Source: a virus (lineage: Duplodnaviria; Caudoviricetes). Taken from it: a stretch of 61,843 nt of DNA. A program made the position numbers and the translations under genes. Below are positions 19,220-28,796 of the stretch, one piece after another (position 1 is the first letter of the stretch; each line of letters begins with the position of its first letter). The notes below the pieces were generated by a model, which did no database searches, was not told the DNA's origin, and saw nothing but the letters and a program-made list of their open reading frames with translations. Where the stretch lies: the IMG/VR virus record IMGVR_UViG_3300048813_000081, positions 1-61,843 of that record. The stretch is one strand, 5' to 3'.

Positions 19220-20481
19220 TATGGATGCGAAGTAGTCCACCAATTAGCGCCGTCACTCACAAATGTATAGGAATCTCCTAATGCTGTACTTAGTGGCGGG
19301 AGACTACCTGGAGCTGCACCATTTATGGTCTGCCCCGACATAGTCAGGAAGTTAACATTATTTCCTAATACTACTAACGTAACTGTTATTATCTGTCCCC
19401 ATGATGTCGGTGCGTCATTTAAAGTTACATTTACATCGCCCCCACTAGTATCTATAAAATAAGAATTCATTCCGAAGGCAGCAGCAACATCACTATTGGT
19501 TGAATTAGGATTTAATACTGGAGCTAATGCGACTGTATTACCCGATAGAGCCACTGCTATTTCACCAGTTACATGTCCATTATAAGTACCATTAAATAAT
19601 CCAGCTAGCATGTCTCCGCCTTGTGATAAATTCCAATTAGTACCATTGCTAATAAATGTATTAACAACAACGGCAGTACCGCCATTTAGCCCTAAGTTCG
19701 GCCAATAATTACTATCATTAATAAGTTGTCCTGCTGTAGTTGCGAAATACAATGAATACGACGTAGAACTGCCAGTATTCAACACAACAACTAATTGCTG
19801 TCCTGTACATAAACTAGCATCTGGCAAGGTTGCAGTTACATTATTCGCATCCAGAGTTACTAGATATAAATTATTAGGAGCAGGCGAAAAGTCTGCATCC
19901 GTAGGCACTACGGTTAATCCACCGGCTGATGCAGGTACTGTATTCGGAACCCAGTGCGTACCATTCCATACCGGTACTTGTCCGATAAGTGCTGCTGTTT
20001 GTGTCAAGTTATTTAAGCTGACTAACGGATTTCCTGGAGCCCAATTAGTACCATTGAATAAAAGTGATTGTCCGGTCGCGGCACCACCAGCTTGTAATGC
20101 CGTTAGTGGTATAGACAAACTTCCTAGATTGTTTGTTTGCACCCATACAGCTGCTGAAGTTGTGGCATCTACTAATTGATATGTAAATCCAGATACGGTA
20201 TTGTACCAAGCCGAACCGGGTGTATACCCTTGTGTATTGTCGTTAGAAGTCGTCGGGGCTAATACAGCTGTAAAGTTATTCTTAGGTGCTGATACAACGA
20301 AGAAATTTCCACCGTTATATGCATTGATTGTATTATTAGTGCTGTTGAACAGCCATGTCTGTCCTGTGACTGGAGATGATAGTGAACTGGAGTTAGGTCT
20401 AATGAATAGACCAACCTGGGCGTAACATGGATTAATATATGCTAGAAAGAATATTATTAATGGAATTATACGTTTAAACAT
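19219..20481 (-). CDS. Fibre-like protein with N-terminal signal peptide
   Basis: MFKR-hydrophobic-CYA|Q; PTTSNDNTQGY..GSAW and GQVPVWNGTHWVP fibre motifs; two C-terminal beta modules. Confidence 0.6.
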   Translation of the reverse strand: MFKRIIPLIIFFLAYINPCYAQVGLFIRPNSSSLSSPVTGQTWLFNSTNNTINAYNGGNFFVVSAPKNNFTAVLAPTTSNDNTQGYTPGSAWYNTVSGFTYQLVDATTSAAVWVQTNNLGSLSIPLTALQAGGAATGQSLLFNGTNWAPGNPLVSLNNLTQTAALIGQVPVWNGTHWVPNTVPASAGGLTVVPTDADFSPAPNNLYLVTLDANNVTATLPDASLCTGQQLVVVLNTGSSTSYSLYFATTAGQLINDSNYWPNLGLNGGTAVVVNTFISNGTNWNLSQGGDMLAGLFNGTYNGHVTGEIAVALSGNTVALAPVLNPNSTNSDVAAAFGMNSYFIDTSGGDVNVTLNDAPTSWGQIITVTLVVLGNNVNFLTMSGQTINGAAPGSLPPLSTALGDSYTFVSDGANWWTTSHP

Positions 20482-20484
20482 ATA

Positions 20485-22563
20485 TTACTTAACCCTTATA
20501 TAATTTACCACTGCAGTACTAGCCACGTTTGTCGAATATATCGTAAAACCTACACCAGCAGATACAGCCACTGACATCTCTTCTGCTAATGCTGTACTAC
20601 CAACAACTGTTACTACTACTATACTACTGGAAGTTATAGAAGTATCAACTACTGCTACGCTGCCTGCTGTCATAAATGTTGCTTGTCCTGAGCTGAACAA
20701 CGTACTACCAGTGCCGCCGTTAGCTGTACTGACTGGAGCATCGATGCCTATAGTAGGACTACTACTGACATTACCGCCACCGGTTAGGCCATTACCTGCG
20801 GTTACTGTTAATACGTTATACGCAGGAGCACCAGGACTACCTGATGTATTACTTAGAACTGAATTACCTGCTGCATTCGTTAGACTAAAAGTTAATGCTT
20901 GACCTGAAATACCCGACGTAAATAATGGTGTTAAGTTACCGACTGTGTTAACAGTGGTAGTGGGTAAATCTGCTGCCGCTAATACGTTATATGCAGGAGC
21001 TGCGGAAGTACCCGTATTGTTACCTAGGAAGCTATGCCCAGCAACTGCACTTAATGTAAAACCTAGTGTTTGACTAGTTACACTACTTGTAAAGATTGGA
21101 GTTAAGTTACCGGTACTGGTAACAACTGTTGTACCTAAATTACTATTACTAATTGGAGTTGTAAGATTTATTGTAGGACTAGTCGCTAATGCTCCACCGC
21201 CATTTAGTCCAGTGCCCGCTGTGACTGTAAGTGCGTTATAAGCTGGAGCGCCTGCACTGCCTGATGTGTTAGATAAGATACCGTGAGCAGCTGCGTTAGT
21301 TAACATATATGTTAAGGCTGGTGTAGTAGTACTGCTAGCTACTGATGTAGTAAATAGTGGGGACAGAGCACCACTGCTAAAGCTAGTTACAGTACCTGTA
21401 CCAGTTAATGTAGCTGGAACCCAGTTAGTTCCGTCATATTCTAAAGCTTGTCCTGATGTAGCTGTACCTGTAATTAAGTTATTGATAGCTCCCGTGCCTG
21501 TAGTGGCTGCTGTACCACCGTTCGCTACTGGTAACGCTGTACCGGAATAGCCTAATGTTAATGCTTGAGATGTAATACTTGCCGATAAAACTGTAGCTGA
21601 GTTACTAACTGAATTAACAGTAGTCGATGGCATATCAGAAGCAGCTAAACTGACGAATCCTGGTGTAGCTGCACTGCCAGTATTATTACCGAAATACGTA
21701 TGTGCAGATACGGTACTACTAGCACCAGTTCCGCCGTTAGCAATAGCTACTGGTGTAGTTAAGCTGACTGTAGGACTATCTGCAATATTACCACCGCCAG
21801 TTAAACCGGTGCCTGCAGTGACTGTTAACACGTTATATGCTGGAGCTGCGCTCCCGCTAGTGATGTTAGATAAGATGCTCTTGCTAGCGCAACTAGTTAA
21901 ACTGAAACTTAATGCTGGTGTTGTAGTACTGTTAGCTACAGCTGCCGTAAATAACGGAGATAAATTACCGGTCGATAAACTGGTTACTGTCCCCGAACCC
22001 AAACTGCTAGCTTCCCATGCACTGTCTGCGGTACTCCAGATTATTCCTTGTCCATCTGTAGCACCTGATTGCGTTAATTGCGGAAGACCGATCGCAGGAT
22101 TACCAGGATTCCAAACGCTCCCACCATTATTCCATACAAGCGACTGACCATTAGTTGCGCCTCCTTGTTGTAAATCATTTAAAGGTATTGTAGTTACTAC
22201 TGCATTGATACCAGTCCAAACAGCCGTAGATGTAACCACCGAAGTAGCCATAAAGATACCCTGTGTAGTTTGGTTAACCCACAGACTTCCCACAACGTAA
22301 CCTTGTGTATTGTCATTACTAGATGTAGGGTTACCACTAGCAAGATAATTGCTAAACGGCGTATTAACAATTCGATAAGCTGCACCATTCCAAACTCCTA
22401 CTGTGTAATTTGAACTATTAAATAACCATGACTGCCCTGTTACTGGTGATGTAATAGGCGAAGAGTTAGGCGCTATGAATAAACCGGATTGTGCGTATGA
22501 AGCGCAGTTAATCCCTATAAAGGATAAGAAAACTATACATAACGCGGATAATAAACAACGCAT
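20485..22563 (-). CDS. Long repeat-containing fibre-like protein with N-terminal signal peptide
   Basis: MR-hydrophobic-SYA|Q; N-domain paralogous to 19219..20481; three internal LSPLFT..PAYNVLTVTAG.GL.GGG repeats. Confidence 0.6.
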   Translation of the reverse strand: MRCLLSALCIVFLSFIGINCASYAQSGLFIAPNSSPITSPVTGQSWLFNSSNYTVGVWNGAAYRIVNTPFSNYLASGNPTSSNDNTQGYVVGSLWVNQTTQGIFMATSVVTSTAVWTGINAVVTTIPLNDLQQGGATNGQSLVWNNGGSVWNPGNPAIGLPQLTQSGATDGQGIIWSTADSAWEASSLGSGTVTSLSTGNLSPLFTAAVANSTTTPALSFSLTSCASKSILSNITSGSAAPAYNVLTVTAGTGLTGGGNIADSPTVSLTTPVAIANGGTGASSTVSAHTYFGNNTGSAATPGFVSLAASDMPSTTVNSVSNSATVLSASITSQALTLGYSGTALPVANGGTAATTGTGAINNLITGTATSGQALEYDGTNWVPATLTGTGTVTSFSSGALSPLFTTSVASSTTTPALTYMLTNAAAHGILSNTSGSAGAPAYNALTVTAGTGLNGGGALATSPTINLTTPISNSNLGTTVVTSTGNLTPIFTSSVTSQTLGFTLSAVAGHSFLGNNTGTSAAPAYNVLAAADLPTTTVNTVGNLTPLFTSGISGQALTFSLTNAAGNSVLSNTSGSPGAPAYNVLTVTAGNGLTGGGNVSSSPTIGIDAPVSTANGGTGSTLFSSGQATFMTAGSVAVVDTSITSSSIVVVTVVGSTALAEEMSVAVSAGVGFTIYSTNVASTAVVNYIRVK

Positions 22564-24236
22564 TAGTTACCTACATATTCGATTACTAGGACTAAACCGT
22601 TCTGACCGTTACCGCCTGCCTTGGCTACTGCGTTATCAAAACCTGCAGCACCACCACCTGAACCGATACCACCGCCTGGAGATACTGGAGAAGCAGATAA
22701 GAATCCACCTATTCCACCGCCGCCAAACATACTGGCTCCACCTGCAGGACCAACACCTACCGCATCTCCAGGTCCACATGCACCGGGAGAACCGAAGACA
22801 TTTAAATAAGGATAAGCCACTGCTGATATTGTAATAGTACCCATTAATGCTGCGCTCTGTAAGGCACCACCACCGCGTCCACCTTGAGGTGTAACATTGT
22901 CGGGTACTGATGATGGATACAAGCCGCCTTCTCCAGCGTAGCCAGTTAAACTTGTACTAATTTCAGTCGTTGAAAACTGAGAGTTATTGCCATTGACTCC
23001 GCTAGTATTAGCATTATCACCACTGGCATAACCACCAGCTCCGCCTGTACCTACGGTTACTGTAGCTGGGAACGTTAACCCGTTAGTAGGTAACAATGCT
23101 AAGGCTGTTCCACCGCCACCGCCTGCTCCACCTGTTTCACCCTGATCAGTTGCACCATTAGAACCGCTTCCCCCACCGCCACCGCCGCATACAGCAACTG
23201 CTATATATTTTGTTCCGGATGTAGGAGTATAACTACCAGATGTACTAAAAACTTTAGTATTAATCTGATGTGAACTTGGTATATTAGTTGATGTCCATAC
23301 TGCCGTACTGGTACTACCGGTTGTAGTGCAGAAATAGAAAGCATTATTAGTTACATCATAATAACTATCACAAACGCCATTACGATTAGCATTACCAGCT
23401 AGAACTCCATTAGGATTACCTGAACCTGTTCTGAAGGCTGTAACAGCTCCAATAACGTTACTGGCAAATAAGTTTGCCATAGGCAGTTCGCCTTGCACTT
23501 CTTGTGGAATAGGTCCGGAGGTGCCTAACTGAACTTTAGGTGCTTGTCCTACCGCTCCGCTATGATGCGAATTAAGCAGTCCAGCTAACACTGCTGATGG
23601 CGAACCGCCCGCTACGTTATCTGGATTTAAAATCTGGTCGGCTGATATAGTTGTTTGTCCCGCTTGAAGGTCTACGTAAGCCAAGGCGACACAACCAGCG
23701 CTTACTGTGGGGGCAACTTCGTCACCTGATGTTGCAGGCGTTCCTGGAACTAAACTGATTACTGCTACGGCGTTACGGACGGTGTCTTGAGCTACGCCTG
23801 AATTCGACGGCCCGTTGTATGGCACAGCTGGATTTGAAAGGTTTACATAAGGTAAAACCTGAGAATTAGAGTCGATTTGTTCAAAACCTGCCTGCACTAA
23901 AACGAATTGTGCTTGACCTGCTTCTAGGTCGTTACCTATCGAAATAGCTGTTTGTTGGTTGAATCCTAGCTGTAGAACTGAATTCGTGTCTGCCGATAAG
24001 CTGCCATACGCCGAAGCGTCTACTGGCTGCAGACTGGCTAGAAAACCATTAGTTATATTTAATGTAAGACTAGTAGGGTCTGTAGGTGAAAGGATTAAGT
24101 TTGATACGACGGTTTGGGTACTGCCTAGTACTACTTGTAGGCTATTAGCATCCCCTACTGTAGCGTCAACCCAGCCCCCTAGCATGTCTGCACTTAGAAT
24201 CTGCTGAAGCGAATATATGATGGGTCTACTTTGCAC
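22563..24236 (-). CDS. Tail fibre / baseplate-attached protein
   Basis: GGAG RBS with GTG start; N-terminal baseplate-anchor-like region; C-terminal FSTSGSYTP..GGGGGG Gly-rich fibre domain. Confidence 0.7.
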   Translation of the reverse strand: MQSRPIIYSLQQILSADMLGGWVDATVGDANSLQVVLGSTQTVVSNLILSPTDPTSLTLNITNGFLASLQPVDASAYGSLSADTNSVLQLGFNQQTAISIGNDLEAGQAQFVLVQAGFEQIDSNSQVLPYVNLSNPAVPYNGPSNSGVAQDTVRNAVAVISLVPGTPATSGDEVAPTVSAGCVALAYVDLQAGQTTISADQILNPDNVAGGSPSAVLAGLLNSHHSGAVGQAPKVQLGTSGPIPQEVQGELPMANLFASNVIGAVTAFRTGSGNPNGVLAGNANRNGVCDSYYDVTNNAFYFCTTTGSTSTAVWTSTNIPSSHQINTKVFSTSGSYTPTSGTKYIAVAVCGGGGGGSGSNGATDQGETGGAGGGGGTALALLPTNGLTFPATVTVGTGGAGGYASGDNANTSGVNGNNSQFSTTEISTSLTGYAGEGGLYPSSVPDNVTPQGGRGGGALQSAALMGTITISAVAYPYLNVFGSPGACGPGDAVGVGPAGGASMFGGGGIGGFLSASPVSPGGGIGSGGGAAGFDNAVAKAGGNGQNGLVLVIEYVGN

Positions 24237-24269
24237 TTGTGAATCTCCGTAAGATTAGTATATTTTACC

Positions 24270-26351
24270 TTATATAGCCTGATTAATATTATAAGAAACG
24301 ATAGCTATCTCACCTGAAGCATCGGGAGGGGCTGGTACGCTAAACGTTAAATGGCACTTATTATTAGTAGGATCTGGCAAACAACCGATTGTTGTAGCCC
24401 AATTTGCCATCACATAGGGAATATTCTGAGCATCGACTGTAATATCTACATCTAACGTTAAGACATTAGCACTGACAGATTGATAGAACGCTTGCCCGCT
24501 AACTGGTACTGCGAAGTAGTTCGCCTGAGTTCCGCTAGGAGCTGGCGTTGTGAAATTGTAGTTAATAGCATTAACCGAACGTCCTGAATAATAAGCCACA
24601 TTATTCCAAAGCCCTTGGAATAGAACTACATTATTAACTGCATCAGCTCTAACCTGATATCCTAAATCGCCACGATTGATACTAGCTATTCCGATGCCTG
24701 GTTGTGAATTTTCAATAGCCAAGAAGTTCAATATAGTCCCAGATGGTGTGGGGGCTTGCGTAGTCAAAGTGAATGTTATGGGCGAATTACCAGTCTGCCA
24801 AACATTAATCGGTTTACTTAACTGTGTAAATAGCAAATAAAAACCAGTGGAAGCTGGAAGATTTAAAGTGTAAGTTATGAGACCTGTAGCTATAGGATAA
24901 CTACCGCCAGTACTAAATGGAGCAATTAAACCTACAACATACTTAACCCAGATATCAGTTCCTAGAGCTGTGATTTGTGTTAACAGTTGATTAACTTGCC
25001 CTATGAGTGTTACCGATTCTTGTATTAAAGGAAAGAAATAACCAGTCTCAGAATCATATGCTGCCGCAAAGTCATAACCCCACAGGTTATAGGATAGTGC
25101 TACTTCTTGTGGTAATTGTATTTCAAAGTACCCAGTATATCTAGTAGTCCAGTCGCCCCACAAACTGGGTATCAGCGGACTGTCATAGTCATAATAACTG
25201 CCTTTATAACCACTGGTTTGATCAGCATAGTAGCCAGTATCGCTGGGATTCCAGCCTTCTAACGGTCTAACGGAAATTCCTGGATAGGCAGATTCTAGTG
25301 CATTAACTATAGCCTCTCTAGTAACCTGTGGTTGAAACAGAAGTGCCTGTATACGGATTCTGTAAGATGTATCTGATTCACCAGGTTGACGGGGTAAGTT
25401 ATTGCCGAAGTAATCCTGGGCGAATAAATCCAGAGCGCCGTTAGTAGCGGTCTGTAATCTACAAGCTGTCCAGGCGTAGTACATCTGCTGGGATATGAAA
25501 TTTAGTTCTGTACCGATTGATAAGAATATCGCATAGGCTATCCCTGATACACTGCGGGCATAATCTGACAACCAAGGATACGGAAACAGAAATATAAGTC
25601 TAGCGGCCCAGTCTTCAGGGCTAATGATGTTTACAATCCAAGGTTGCTGCACTGGAACAGTGGGGACTAGTGGTAGCGGAAATATACTTATATTAATAGG
25701 TATGCTGACTACTAGTGCCGATGTAGCAGTGAACGACGGTGCCCCGTTAGTAAATAGTAAACTGACCCGACTAGCTTCGATATCAGGAATCAGACCGATG
25801 GCTGTATTCCAGCTAGCTATACCGATAGGTAAATAAGTATCGCTGATCGTTGTAGAGATAGTCCACTCATATTCGCCTGGATCTACAGGTTGTTGATTAA
25901 TGAATGTATTCTGTCCAGGTCCGACGATTAAGTAACTGAAATCAGCTGTTTCACCAGGTGGTGAACTGAACAAAAATATCCAGGTATTGCCTGCTATCTG
26001 AAACCAGACTTGGGTGTTCCACTGACAGATCGGTACTACTGATTGCCCCGTAGGCGCTGTGACGGCATAGCTCAGTGTACCCGGTTCTAGCACTACAGTA
26101 GTTAAATCTTGCGCGCCGGCTGGTATAGCAATAACTGTAAGGGTCGCTCCGGCATCGACTGGACTGCCGAAACTAAAAGTAGCAACATTACCATCGGCTC
26201 CTGAGAGCCAGCAAGTCGTCGGCGTAGATACCTGCCCTGAGACGACGTAGTCGCTAACTGGGTTCGGTAAAGTAACATCGACAGACAGCGCTCCTGTGGC
26301 TAAGTTAACTATCTCTCCGGCGACATTGAGCGTAGGGATTAATACTGTCAT
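24270..26351 (-). CDS. Baseplate wedge protein with extra beta repeats
   Basis: LQTATNGALDLFAQDYFG..LPRQPGESDTSYRIRI motif of P2 gpI-like wedge proteins; follows baseplate J. Confidence 0.75.
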   Translation of the reverse strand: MTVLIPTLNVAGEIVNLATGALSVDVTLPNPVSDYVVSGQVSTPTTCWLSGADGNVATFSFGSPVDAGATLTVIAIPAGAQDLTTVVLEPGTLSYAVTAPTGQSVVPICQWNTQVWFQIAGNTWIFLFSSPPGETADFSYLIVGPGQNTFINQQPVDPGEYEWTISTTISDTYLPIGIASWNTAIGLIPDIEASRVSLLFTNGAPSFTATSALVVSIPINISIFPLPLVPTVPVQQPWIVNIISPEDWAARLIFLFPYPWLSDYARSVSGIAYAIFLSIGTELNFISQQMYYAWTACRLQTATNGALDLFAQDYFGNNLPRQPGESDTSYRIRIQALLFQPQVTREAIVNALESAYPGISVRPLEGWNPSDTGYYADQTSGYKGSYYDYDSPLIPSLWGDWTTRYTGYFEIQLPQEVALSYNLWGYDFAAAYDSETGYFFPLIQESVTLIGQVNQLLTQITALGTDIWVKYVVGLIAPFSTGGSYPIATGLITYTLNLPASTGFYLLFTQLSKPINVWQTGNSPITFTLTTQAPTPSGTILNFLAIENSQPGIGIASINRGDLGYQVRADAVNNVVLFQGLWNNVAYYSGRSVNAINYNFTTPAPSGTQANYFAVPVSGQAFYQSVSANVLTLDVDITVDAQNIPYVMANWATTIGCLPDPTNNKCHLTFSVPAPPDASGEIAIVSYNINQAI

Positions 26352-26430
26352 ACTAATCTCCAGTTAACTGTCCGGTAAGAAATTCGACTAAGTGCCATCA
26401 TGGGTAATACCAATACTCCCGAACGGTAAA

Positions 26431-27579
26431 TCATCCGCTATAAGACCCAACTAAAACTGTATTCACATTAGCCTGTACTACTTGAAACTGTCCTGGAGTG
26501 AAATCGGCAGGATAACCACCAATAGTGGTAGATAAGTTTTCTATTGATGTTATTAGACTAGAAGAGTTTTGCGCTACATCTATCAGCTGCGTTATGTATA
26601 GCTTAGCTCCCGTAGGTAACGAATTTACGTAACCGATGATGGCAGTCTGTACTACTGTTTGCACCTGGCTTAATACAGCGTTCGGCACTACAGCAATATT
26701 TAGATTTATATTAGGTGTCAGCGGGATAGCTGCGACTACTGATGCTTCGATAGTGAACGCCCTGACTGCTTGTACGGCAGCTAGTAGTATAGCTAGCTGG
26801 GGAGACGTTACTGTCTCTCCTGGGTTATTAGCTATAACTGTAAACCAGCCTGGTGTATTCACTCCTGATGGAGTCATGTTATTTAATACCGTATAAGTAA
26901 AATCTGGGAACGCCGTTTCGCAAGCTGCTAAAATTGCGAATAATGTAGCCTTAGAGAGCGACTGTATATACAGTTCGAATCGTGCCTTATAGTTAGCATC
27001 TGATTCCTGATCGGCACCATTAACTATAGGAGCTACATTAGTGACTGTAGTAAATCCATAAGACGAACTACCGAAGGTGACTAACTGTGCTACTTGTACA
27101 TTGCTAACAGAACCGGCTACTAAAGCTACTGCTGATGCCACTATAGATGTATGTCCGGTTTGCAGCACGTAAGCTTGCAGTCCTGCGTTATACGAACTAA
27201 GATTAGTATCAGGTACTAATTGATACTGAATATTAGCTCCAGTAGTTTGAATTATAGAACCAATAGGAATCGTTAACTGGCTGACCGCTGGTAGCGGAAT
27301 TGATAACGTTACTTGCCCTGAAGCGAACTGAGCACCATCTCTAGCGAAGTTAAACTGCATACAGAACGAATCAACGTCAGGTCCGAAACAAGTTTGTAGT
27401 CTAGCAAAGAATGTTGTTTGTTGCGCTTGGTATTGCAAGAACATGGCTGTATTAGCAGTAGCATCTGCGATGCCTTCAATCGGATCGCCTATGCCTAGAT
27501 TCGGTGTCACACCTGTCGCTTGCGCGAATGCTGCTATGAATTGCGTAATGAAATCGTCTTGGCTTTGGGTGTTTAACAT
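26431..27579 (-). CDS. Baseplate J-like protein
   Basis: A.GQVTLS..IPIGSII..AGSVSNV..VTNVAPIVNGADQESDANYKARF. Confidence 0.9.
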   Translation of the reverse strand: MLNTQSQDDFITQFIAAFAQATGVTPNLGIGDPIEGIADATANTAMFLQYQAQQTTFFARLQTCFGPDVDSFCMQFNFARDGAQFASGQVTLSIPLPAVSQLTIPIGSIIQTTGANIQYQLVPDTNLSSYNAGLQAYVLQTGHTSIVASAVALVAGSVSNVQVAQLVTFGSSSYGFTTVTNVAPIVNGADQESDANYKARFELYIQSLSKATLFAILAACETAFPDFTYTVLNNMTPSGVNTPGWFTVIANNPGETVTSPQLAILLAAVQAVRAFTIEASVVAAIPLTPNINLNIAVVPNAVLSQVQTVVQTAIIGYVNSLPTGAKLYITQLIDVAQNSSSLITSIENLSTTIGGYPADFTPGQFQVVQANVNTVLVGSYSG

Positions 27580-27998
27580 TAAGGGAGGCTCACATTTATA
27601 GATATCTGATTACCATTATTCGGCGTAATCACAACATTGACATTTATTTGTTGCGGATTACTGCCCTGAGTTACTGTGACTACTGGAGGCACTGAAGAGT
27701 TTCCAGTAATAGCTGATAACACTCCTTGGTAGACTTTTTGTTGCAGGATATTTATAAAACTAGATGTAAACGGCTGTCCCAACATAGCGTTAGCCGATAG
27801 ACCAAAATCTGGATGAAATATCCAGTCAGGAGTTTGTGGTACGCCGTTTATCAATGCAGCTGCATTGGTAAAGATAAACCGTTCAATATTCTGGATAATA
27901 GCATCCCACGAACCAGCCCAAGCCAGGCCGCCGTTACTGTTGAGGGCAAAATCTCCGGCTAATGGTAAATACAATTGTTGCTGCATAGGTCTCTCCAC
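27579..27998 (-). CDS. Baseplate gp25/W-like wedge initiator
   Basis: GDFALNSNGGL..DWIFHPDFGL; upstream of baseplate J. Confidence 0.75.
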   Translation of the reverse strand: MERPMQQQLYLPLAGDFALNSNGGLAWAGSWDAIIQNIERFIFTNAAALINGVPQTPDWIFHPDFGLSANAMLGQPFTSSFINILQQKVYQGVLSAITGNSSVPPVVTVTQGSNPQQINVNVVITPNNGNQISINVSLP

Positions 27999-28025
27999 TC
28001 TCTAGATAATTATAAGTGATTAATG

Positions 28026-28104
28026 TGGTATATTAAACAAACGGTTAGCCGTAAGGTTGACACAGGGGCGTCACTGAGTTAAATCGGGGGCGCTCCGTCC
28101 TTTT
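28026..28104 (+). ncRNA. Candidate small RNA (~65 nt) with its own extended -10 promoter and terminator-like end
   Basis: TG-G-TATATT at 28026-28034; ACGG-TTAG-CCGT hairpin; GGGGCG/CGCTCC stem followed by GTCCTTTT. Confidence 0.4.
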
Positions 28105-28108
28105 AATC

Positions 28109-28117
28109 TGTTATAAT
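28109..28117 (+). promoter_or_regulatory. Extended -10 promoter TGnTATAAT
   Basis: Perfect consensus pointing into the structured non-coding region. Confidence 0.65.
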
Positions 28118-28121
28118 AGAT

Positions 28122-28585
28122 AAACGGTCAGAGAGTTGCATTATTACTGGCTGAGATTTCGTAACGGTGGATGCTTATATCCGAAGAATTGGTAACGGGT
28201 GCAAACTGTGCCAATAGGGTATGAGAACTATCTAGGTTCATGAGCCAGATACGCCGTAAATCGCCCCCCGCCCCAGGAATTTGAAGACCTGAAGGGGGTT
28301 TACTACCACAATAGTAACCTGGAATGTACGTCGGCAAAACGTGCAGGATGGGTTGCGTACAGAAAACCCCCGGATCTCTCCAGGGGTCATATAGCTATCT
28401 ATATAAGGACACCTGCGTACAGGATATCTATTCGAAGAGGACTTATTAGATGGGCCTCTTTTCGCTAATTCTGCCACCGGGAAATCCCAGTGTATCAATC
28501 ACGACAGCAAAGTTATTCACTTATATGTCGCCTGCTGTACGATGTCAGAGACACCTCTGGACTACAACGCCCAGGCTCTTTCTTA
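28122..28585 (+). ncRNA. Candidate large structured ncRNA (~460 nt), family not recognised
   Basis: No credible ORF; about ten local hairpins plus long-range stems (CTGGCT/AGCCAG, CCTGG/CCAGG, 5' AGAGAG/3' CTCTTT); promoter directly upstream. Confidence 0.55.
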
Positions 28586-28609
28586 AGCTAATCGTACTAG
28601 GATATTATA

Positions 28610-28786
28610 TCAGGCAGCTGGTGAGCTGGGTACTACCGGTTTCGGATGTTTCTTAAATATACTTAATACTGAAGTACCAGCCTTTTTAAGGGCGCTTTCA
28701 GTGCCTTCGACTGCCAAACCGAAGGTAGCCGTTGCTAAAACAACCGGGACTATCGCTACTGTTAATAAACCTGCTACTGTTATCAT
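28610..28786 (-). CDS. Small membrane protein
   Basis: AAGGAG RBS before MITVAGLL; hydrophobic N-half. Confidence 0.5.
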   Translation of the reverse strand: MITVAGLLTVAIVPVVLATATFGLAVEGTESALKKAGTSVLSIFKKHPKPVVPSSPAA

Positions 28787-28796
28787 GTATTTCTCC

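Noticed and set aside
19219-24236. Diversity-generating retroelement or invertible fibre cassette
   Set aside because: No reverse transcriptase or invertase, and fibre repeats differ at synonymous positions rather than only at adenines.
28122-28585. RNase P, tmRNA or group II intron identity for the structured region
   Set aside because: No GAGGAAAGTCC/AACCCGGCTT RNase P motifs, no tRNA-like ends with CCA, and the GAGCCAGATACG resemblance to domain V lacks its pairing partner.
28128-28656. Short ORFs 28128..28337, 28238..28498 and 28450..28656
   Set aside because: Mutually overlapping, no RBS, no protein-like motifs; better explained as chance ORFs in an RNA element.
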